From assembly GCA_016218805.1 (NCBI GenBank), contig JACRCW010000097.1, positions 1 through 51,891 on the forward strand: a stretch of DNA of 51,891 nucleotides. The letters run 5' to 3'. Both the position numbers and the translations under genes were made by a program. Under the pieces are notes generated by a model. It saw nothing but the letters and a program-made list of their open reading frames with translations, was not told the origin of the DNA and made no database searches. This DNA is from Deltaproteobacteria bacterium. GTDB taxonomy: Bacteria; Myxococcota; JACRCW01. Of the stretch, positions 47,198 to 51,891 are shown piece by piece. Position 1 is the first letter of the stretch. Each line of letters starts with the position of its first letter.

Positions 47198-48474
47198 CCG
47201 CTGGCCTCTGGCGACGGGCCGCGGCCTGGGTTCTCCCCGCGCTGCTGTGGGCGTGGCCCGCATCCGGTGGGCGTGATCTTGCGGCGCAGCTCACGCGCGA
47301 CGCGGACGGAATGAAAGCCGCGCTGGTGGAAACGCGGCGGCACTTCCACGCGCACCCGGAGCTGTCCAACCGCGAGGTGGAGACCGGCAAGGAGATTGTC
47401 CGGCGCCTCACGGCGCTGGGCTACGCGCCCACGGCGGGCGTGGCCGGTCACGGCGTGGTGGCGACGTTGCAGGGCGGCCGGCCGGGCCCGCTGGTGGCGT
47501 ACCGCGCGGACATGGACGCGCTGCCGGTGGAGGAGAAGAACGACCTCCCGTTCAAGAGCGTGAACCCCGGGGTGATGCACGCGTGCGGGCACGACCTGCA
47601 CGTGACGGTGGCGCTGGGATTGGCGGAGTTGTTCATGCGGCACCGCGCGGAGTTGCCGGGCAGCGTGCGGTTCATCTTCCAGCCGGCGGAGGAAGGCGCG
47701 CCACCGGGCGAGGAAGGCGGCGCCCCGTTGATGATCAAGCAGGGCGTGCTGGAGGGTCCCGCGCCGGTGGCGATCTTCGGATTGCACACGCAACCGGAGT
47801 TGGAGGCGGGGGACGTGGCGCTGGTCCCCGGGCCGTTCATGGCGGCGGCGGACCGCTTCCGCATCACGGTGCACGGCAAGCAGGCGCACGGGGCGCAGCC
47901 GCAGCAGGGCGTGGACGCGGTGTACGTGGGGGCGCAGGTGGTGACGGCGCTGCAGTCCGTGGTGAGCCGCCGCAATGACGCGCGGCGGCCGCTGGTGTTG
48001 ACGGTGGGCAGCTTCCACGCGGGCAGCCGGTTCAACATCCTGGCGGAGGAGGCGGTGCTGGAGGGAACGCTGCGCACGCTGGATCCGGACGCGCATGACC
48101 AGGCCCCGCGGGACATCCAACAGGTGTTGGACGGCGTGTGCGCCGCGCACGGGGCCCGCTGCACGTTTGCCAACCAGGTGCTGGCGCCGGTGACGGTGAA
48201 CCACGAACCGCTGGCGCGGCAGCTGTTGCCCGCGTTGGAGCGCGCGGCGGGGCCGGGGCACCTCAAGCCGTTCCCGCGCGTGATGATTGCGGAGGACTTT
48301 GGGTTCCTGGCGGAGCGGGTGCCGGGGTTCTACGCGTACCTGGGGGTGTCCAACACGGCGCGCGGCCTGAAGGGGACGCTGCATTCCCCCGGCTACCTGG
48401 CGGACGAAGACGCGCTGGTGGTGGGCGTACGGGTCATGGCCGCGGTGATGCTGGCCCGGCTGCAGGGCGGCTGA
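47194..48474 (+). CDS. M20D family amidohydrolase with signal peptide
   Basis: RRHFHAHPELSNRE, RADMDALP, MHACGHD, FQPAEEG, AEDF, LHSP. Confidence 0.93.
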   Translation: MTAGLWRRAAAWVLPALLWAWPASGGRDLAAQLTRDADGMKAALVETRRHFHAHPELSNREVETGKEIVRRLTALGYAPTAGVAGHGVVATLQGGRPGPLVAYRADMDALPVEEKNDLPFKSVNPGVMHACGHDLHVTVALGLAELFMRHRAELPGSVRFIFQPAEEGAPPGEEGGAPLMIKQGVLEGPAPVAIFGLHTQPELEAGDVALVPGPFMAAADRFRITVHGKQAHGAQPQQGVDAVYVGAQVVTALQSVVSRRNDARRPLVLTVGSFHAGSRFNILAEEAVLEGTLRTLDPDAHDQAPRDIQQVLDGVCAAHGARCTFANQVLAPVTVNHEPLARQLLPALERAAGPGHLKPFPRVMIAEDFGFLAERVPGFYAYLGVSNTARGLKGTLHSPGYLADEDALVVGVRVMAAVMLARLQGG

Positions 48475-48519
48475 CGCCGTTCTTGACGCCCCACCGTAAG
48501 GGCTGGAAGAGTCCTCGTC

Positions 48520-49854
48520 GTGCGGGACAATCAGCGCGGCCTGGTGCTGGTGGTGGACGATGACGCGTTCCAGCGCGCGCTGCTCAAGGAGATTCTGGAG
48601 AGTGACGGGCACCGCGTGCTGGTGGCGGGCACCGGCGCCGCCGCGCTGCAGATGCTGCGCAACCACGCCGTGGATCTGGTGGTGCTGGACCTGTCCCTCC
48701 CGGACATCCACGGGCTGGAGATCCTGGACCGCATCCGCCGGCGGGACGGGACCATTGAGGTCATCATCTGCTCGGCGTCCCATGACCTGGACTCCGTGGT
48801 GTCCGCGTTGCGCGGGCGCGCGGCGGACTACCTGGTGAAGCCGGTGGTGCCCGCCGTGGTGCAGCGCGCCGCGGTCCGCGCGCTGCAGGGGCGGACGCTG
48901 CTCAAGGAGAACCACAAGCTGCGCCTGGCGCTGGACCTGGTGCAGGCCGGGCAGCGGGTGCTGGCGGCGCCGGACCTCCGCAGCGTGCTGGAGGAGGTGC
49001 TGGAGTTGCTGTGCGCGCACACCAACTCGTCCGGCGGGGTGGTGGGGGTGCCCGGGCATGAGACGGCATCCTCCGGGCTGCCGGAGGCGGTGGTGGCCCC
49101 GGCGCTGGCGGCCGCGGCGGCGCGCGGGCTGGCCTCACCGGACGTGCAGGAGGCGGGGGACATGGCGCCCATCCCGGATCACGGCCCCGGGTTGTTCCTG
49201 GCGCTGGGGCCGCCGGGGGTGGTGGGCGCGCTGGCCCGCGCGGACGGCGCGGAGCCGTATGAAGCCGGCGAACTGGAGTCCGCGCAGTTCCTGGTCCGCC
49301 ACGCGCACCTGGCGCTGCACAACCACCAGCGCTTTGCGGCGGCCACGGATGCGGCGCGCCGGGACAGCCTGACGGGCCTGCTCAACGCGCAGGTGCTGCA
49401 GGCGGCGCTGAGCCAGGCGGTGGCCCGCGCGTCCCAGGAGGGTGGGCACTGCGCGGCGGTGTTCCTGGACCTGGACGGTTTCAAGCAGGTCAATGACACG
49501 CTGGGGCACCTGATGGGGTCCAAGCTGCTGGTGGAACTGGCGGGCCTGCTGGGGCGCAGCGTGCGTGATGGGGACGTGGTGTCGCGCTTTGGCGGGGACG
49601 AGTTTGTCATCCTGTTGGCGGGCGCGGACGCGGATGACGCGGCGCGCGTGGCGGAGCGGTTGCGCTCGCGCGTGGACGGCCACGAGTTCCTGCTGCGTGA
49701 CGGGCACCGCGCGCGCGTGTCCATGTCCGTGGGCGTGGCGGTGTTCCCGCAGGATGCGGCCAACGCGGCGGACCTGCTGCACCGCGCGGACGAAGCGATG
49801 TACCGCGCCAAGCGCGGCGGGAAGAACGCCGTGGTGCGGTGGAAGGCTTCCTGA
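48520..49854 (+). CDS. Response regulator receiver - GAF-like - GGDEF diguanylate cyclase
   Basis: VLVVDDD, LDLSLPD, YLVKP; DSLTGLLN, DLDGFKQVND.LGH, SRFGGDEF, ADEAMYRAK. Confidence 0.93.
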   Translation: MRDNQRGLVLVVDDDAFQRALLKEILESDGHRVLVAGTGAAALQMLRNHAVDLVVLDLSLPDIHGLEILDRIRRRDGTIEVIICSASHDLDSVVSALRGRAADYLVKPVVPAVVQRAAVRALQGRTLLKENHKLRLALDLVQAGQRVLAAPDLRSVLEEVLELLCAHTNSSGGVVGVPGHETASSGLPEAVVAPALAAAAARGLASPDVQEAGDMAPIPDHGPGLFLALGPPGVVGALARADGAEPYEAGELESAQFLVRHAHLALHNHQRFAAATDAARRDSLTGLLNAQVLQAALSQAVARASQEGGHCAAVFLDLDGFKQVNDTLGHLMGSKLLVELAGLLGRSVRDGDVVSRFGGDEFVILLAGADADDAARVAERLRSRVDGHEFLLRDGHRARVSMSVGVAVFPQDAANAADLLHRADEAMYRAKRGGKNAVVRWKAS

Positions 49855-49883
49855 GGACGCGCGGGTCCACTACAAGGCGCGGC

Positions 49884-51116
49884 ATGCAGACGTTCCTGGG
49901 TGCGTTCCTGGCGGGTGTTCTCGTTGTGGTTCCGGCGGCGGCAGCGCCGTTGAAGGTGGCGGTGGTGGACCTCACCGTGGGGGAGGGCGCTGCCGCGGGC
50001 ATGGCGGGTCCGCTGACGCAGGCGGTGGTGGCGGAGGTCCGCAAGGTGGGCGGCACGGAGGTGCTCACGCGGGAGGAGATTGCCGCGGTGCTGACGCTGG
50101 AGCAGCAGAAGCAGCTGCTGGGTTGCACCAGTGACAAGTGCCGGGCGGAGCTGGGCAGTCTGCTGGGCGTGGACCGGCTGCTGATGGGGGACCTGGGGCG
50201 GCTGGGTGAGAGCTGGCTGTTGCACCTCAAGCTGCTGGACGTGCGGCAGGCCCGGGTGGTGAGCCAGGTGGACCGCCGGCAGAAGGGCGGCACGGTGGAT
50301 GACCTGTTGGACGCGCTGCCCGCCATGGTGAAGCAGTTGCTCGCCGGCGAGGTGAAGGACCCGGGCGCGCCGGTGGCCGCCGCGGCGGTGGCACCGGTGG
50401 TGGCGGCCCGCACGCCGCGCCACGGTGCGGACGAGCCCATGCCCGCGGCGCCCGCCGGGCTGGACCTGCTCACCGACGGAAAGGGCCGCTATCTGGCCTA
50501 CCGGCCGGGCGCGCTGGACACGCTGTTTGCCGGGGACGGCAAGGAGCTGCGGGAGGCGTGGGTGTCCGGCGGCGGCCGCAGCGGCACGGAGAGCTGGGAC
50601 CAGGTGTTCTGGGACCCGCGCGTGGCGGAGCGCTGGCGCGCTTCCGTGGGCATGCGCCACGGCGTGTACACGCTGCAGTGCGGGGAGACCGCGGTGACGC
50701 TGCGCCCGGTGCCGGATGCGGAGGAGCAGAAGCTCCTCAAGCAGGCGCGTTTCCTCAAGGCGCGGTGGCAGCGCCGGCCGCACCTGTTTGGGCGTGATGA
50801 CCTGGGGAACTACTTCCTGGTGGACGAGCGGCGCGACAAGCCGGGCACGGACCTGCGGCTGTACGTGGGGCGCAAGGGCGCGCTCAAGCCGGTGGTGGTG
50901 GAGGACGCCATGGTGGACCGCGGCGGCCTGGTGCTGATCACGCCCACCGGGCGTCTCAAGCTGGATCGCAAGGCGGACACGCTGGAGTGGCTGGAGGGCC
51001 AGGCCACCACCAAGCTGAAGAACCTGGACGTGGAAGAGCACCACGTACTCATCTACACGGACCTGGGCGTGTACCGGACGGAGCCGCTGGGCACGCCCTG
51101 CGACGGGTTGCTGTGA
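49884..51116 (+). CDS. Secreted protein with CsgG/TolB-N-like N-terminal domain
   Basis: Signal peptide; QLLGC...C.AELG.LLGVD motif shared with the 12547 protein. Confidence 0.75.
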   Translation: MQTFLGAFLAGVLVVVPAAAAPLKVAVVDLTVGEGAAAGMAGPLTQAVVAEVRKVGGTEVLTREEIAAVLTLEQQKQLLGCTSDKCRAELGSLLGVDRLLMGDLGRLGESWLLHLKLLDVRQARVVSQVDRRQKGGTVDDLLDALPAMVKQLLAGEVKDPGAPVAAAAVAPVVAARTPRHGADEPMPAAPAGLDLLTDGKGRYLAYRPGALDTLFAGDGKELREAWVSGGGRSGTESWDQVFWDPRVAERWRASVGMRHGVYTLQCGETAVTLRPVPDAEEQKLLKQARFLKARWQRRPHLFGRDDLGNYFLVDERRDKPGTDLRLYVGRKGALKPVVVEDAMVDRGGLVLITPTGRLKLDRKADTLEWLEGQATTKLKNLDVEEHHVLIYTDLGVYRTEPLGTPCDGLL

Positions 51117-51119
51117 CCC

Positions 51120-51623
51120 TCAGCGCGGCCGGCGCGCGCGCCACGTGCCCCGCAGGCGCGCCACCTCCGCGCCCGTCTTGGCGTCCTTCACCACGCTTTC
51201 CAGCACCACCTCCGTGTTCTCGCCGCGCTCCAGGCCCGCGCGCACCTGCTGCCGCGTCTCCTCCGTGATGCGCGCCTCCGCCAGCACGTCACCGCGCGCC
51301 TTGGCCGTGTAGTCAATGTGCTGCGTCACCAGGATGAGCTCCGCCCCCATGGCGCCCGTGTTGGCCATGATGGCCAGGCCCTGGACGTATTCGCCCACGG
51401 TGAACAGCGCGGCCGCGTGCATGCTCCCCAGGTGGTTGGCCATGGTGCGCCGCATGCGCAGGGACACCTGCACTTCATCCAGGGACACGCGCGTGACGGC
51501 AGGCTTGAGCGCCACGTTGAAAGGCACCACGCGCCACAGCACGCGGTCCAGCGCTTCGCGGCCCATGGGGAACGCGCTCAGGCGGTTGAACCAGGTCACC
51601 AGGTCGACGCGCGGAATGGCCAT
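51120..51623 (-). CDS. Hot-dog fold thioesterase (DUF4442/PaaI-like)
   Basis: VPFN, NHLGSMHAAALFT.GE, IDY.AKARG. Confidence 0.85.
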   Translation of the reverse strand: MAIPRVDLVTWFNRLSAFPMGREALDRVLWRVVPFNVALKPAVTRVSLDEVQVSLRMRRTMANHLGSMHAAALFTVGEYVQGLAIMANTGAMGAELILVTQHIDYTAKARGDVLAEARITEETRQQVRAGLERGENTEVVLESVVKDAKTGAEVARLRGTWRARRPR

Positions 51624-51750
51624 GAGCGCTCCGGGAAAGGGCGTCGCCTGTAGCGGGGCGGCGCCCCGTACGCCAGCGCTCCGCGGGGGCCGGCGGCGCG
51701 TGCGGTTGACACGCGGCGCCCGTCGCCATAACTCGGCGCACCGACCTCGA

Positions 51751-51822
<72 letters not shown>

Positions 51823-51832
51823 GCGGAAACCC

Positions 51833-51880
51833 GGTGACCGGGTGCCTTCGGCAGCAACGGGGGCACCCGGTTCGCCTTTC
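51833..51880 (+). terminator. Hairpin downstream of the tRNA, possible intrinsic terminator
   Basis: CCGGGTGCC...GGCACCCGG stem followed by a short TTTC. Confidence 0.45.
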
Positions 51881-51891
51881 TGGGGCGTGCC

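Overview
GC-rich bacterial chromosome segment, most likely Myxococcota/Deltaproteobacteria (inferred from a Ser/Thr kinase with PPC-like repeats, a MYXO-CTERM-like tail, an Hsp70 paralog and a MYXAN-type CRISPR-Cas). Housekeeping-style genes occupy about 1-3.6 kb, 6.4-27.4 kb and 47.2-51.9 kb, ending in tRNA-Val(GAC). There are two accessory regions. The first is a patchwork of gene fragments at about 3.7-6.3 kb. The second is a ~20-kb defence island (about 27.4-47.2 kb) holding a type I-B/I-MYXAN (Cmx8) CRISPR-Cas locus. Its interference operon (cas6-cas3-cas8-cas7-cas5, minus strand) and adaptation module (cas4/1-cas2, 23-repeat array, plus strand) point away from each other. They are separated by a 5.8-kb insert carrying an unknown helical protein, a 5-unit hairpin tandem repeat, REP/MITE-like elements and two convergent ABC-ATPase + putative nuclease pairs. 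The same palindrome, GTCTCA-N7-TGAGAC, sits 22-23 nt upstream of both cas6 and cas1, and a WYL regulator follows the array. cas3 and one nuclease partner each carry a +1 frameshift. Features missed by the ORF track include a C-U-A-E-P selenocysteine tail with a SECIS-like hairpin on a radical SAM gene and an internal Cas11 start inside cas8. All family assignments come from motif recognition by eye; no searches were run.
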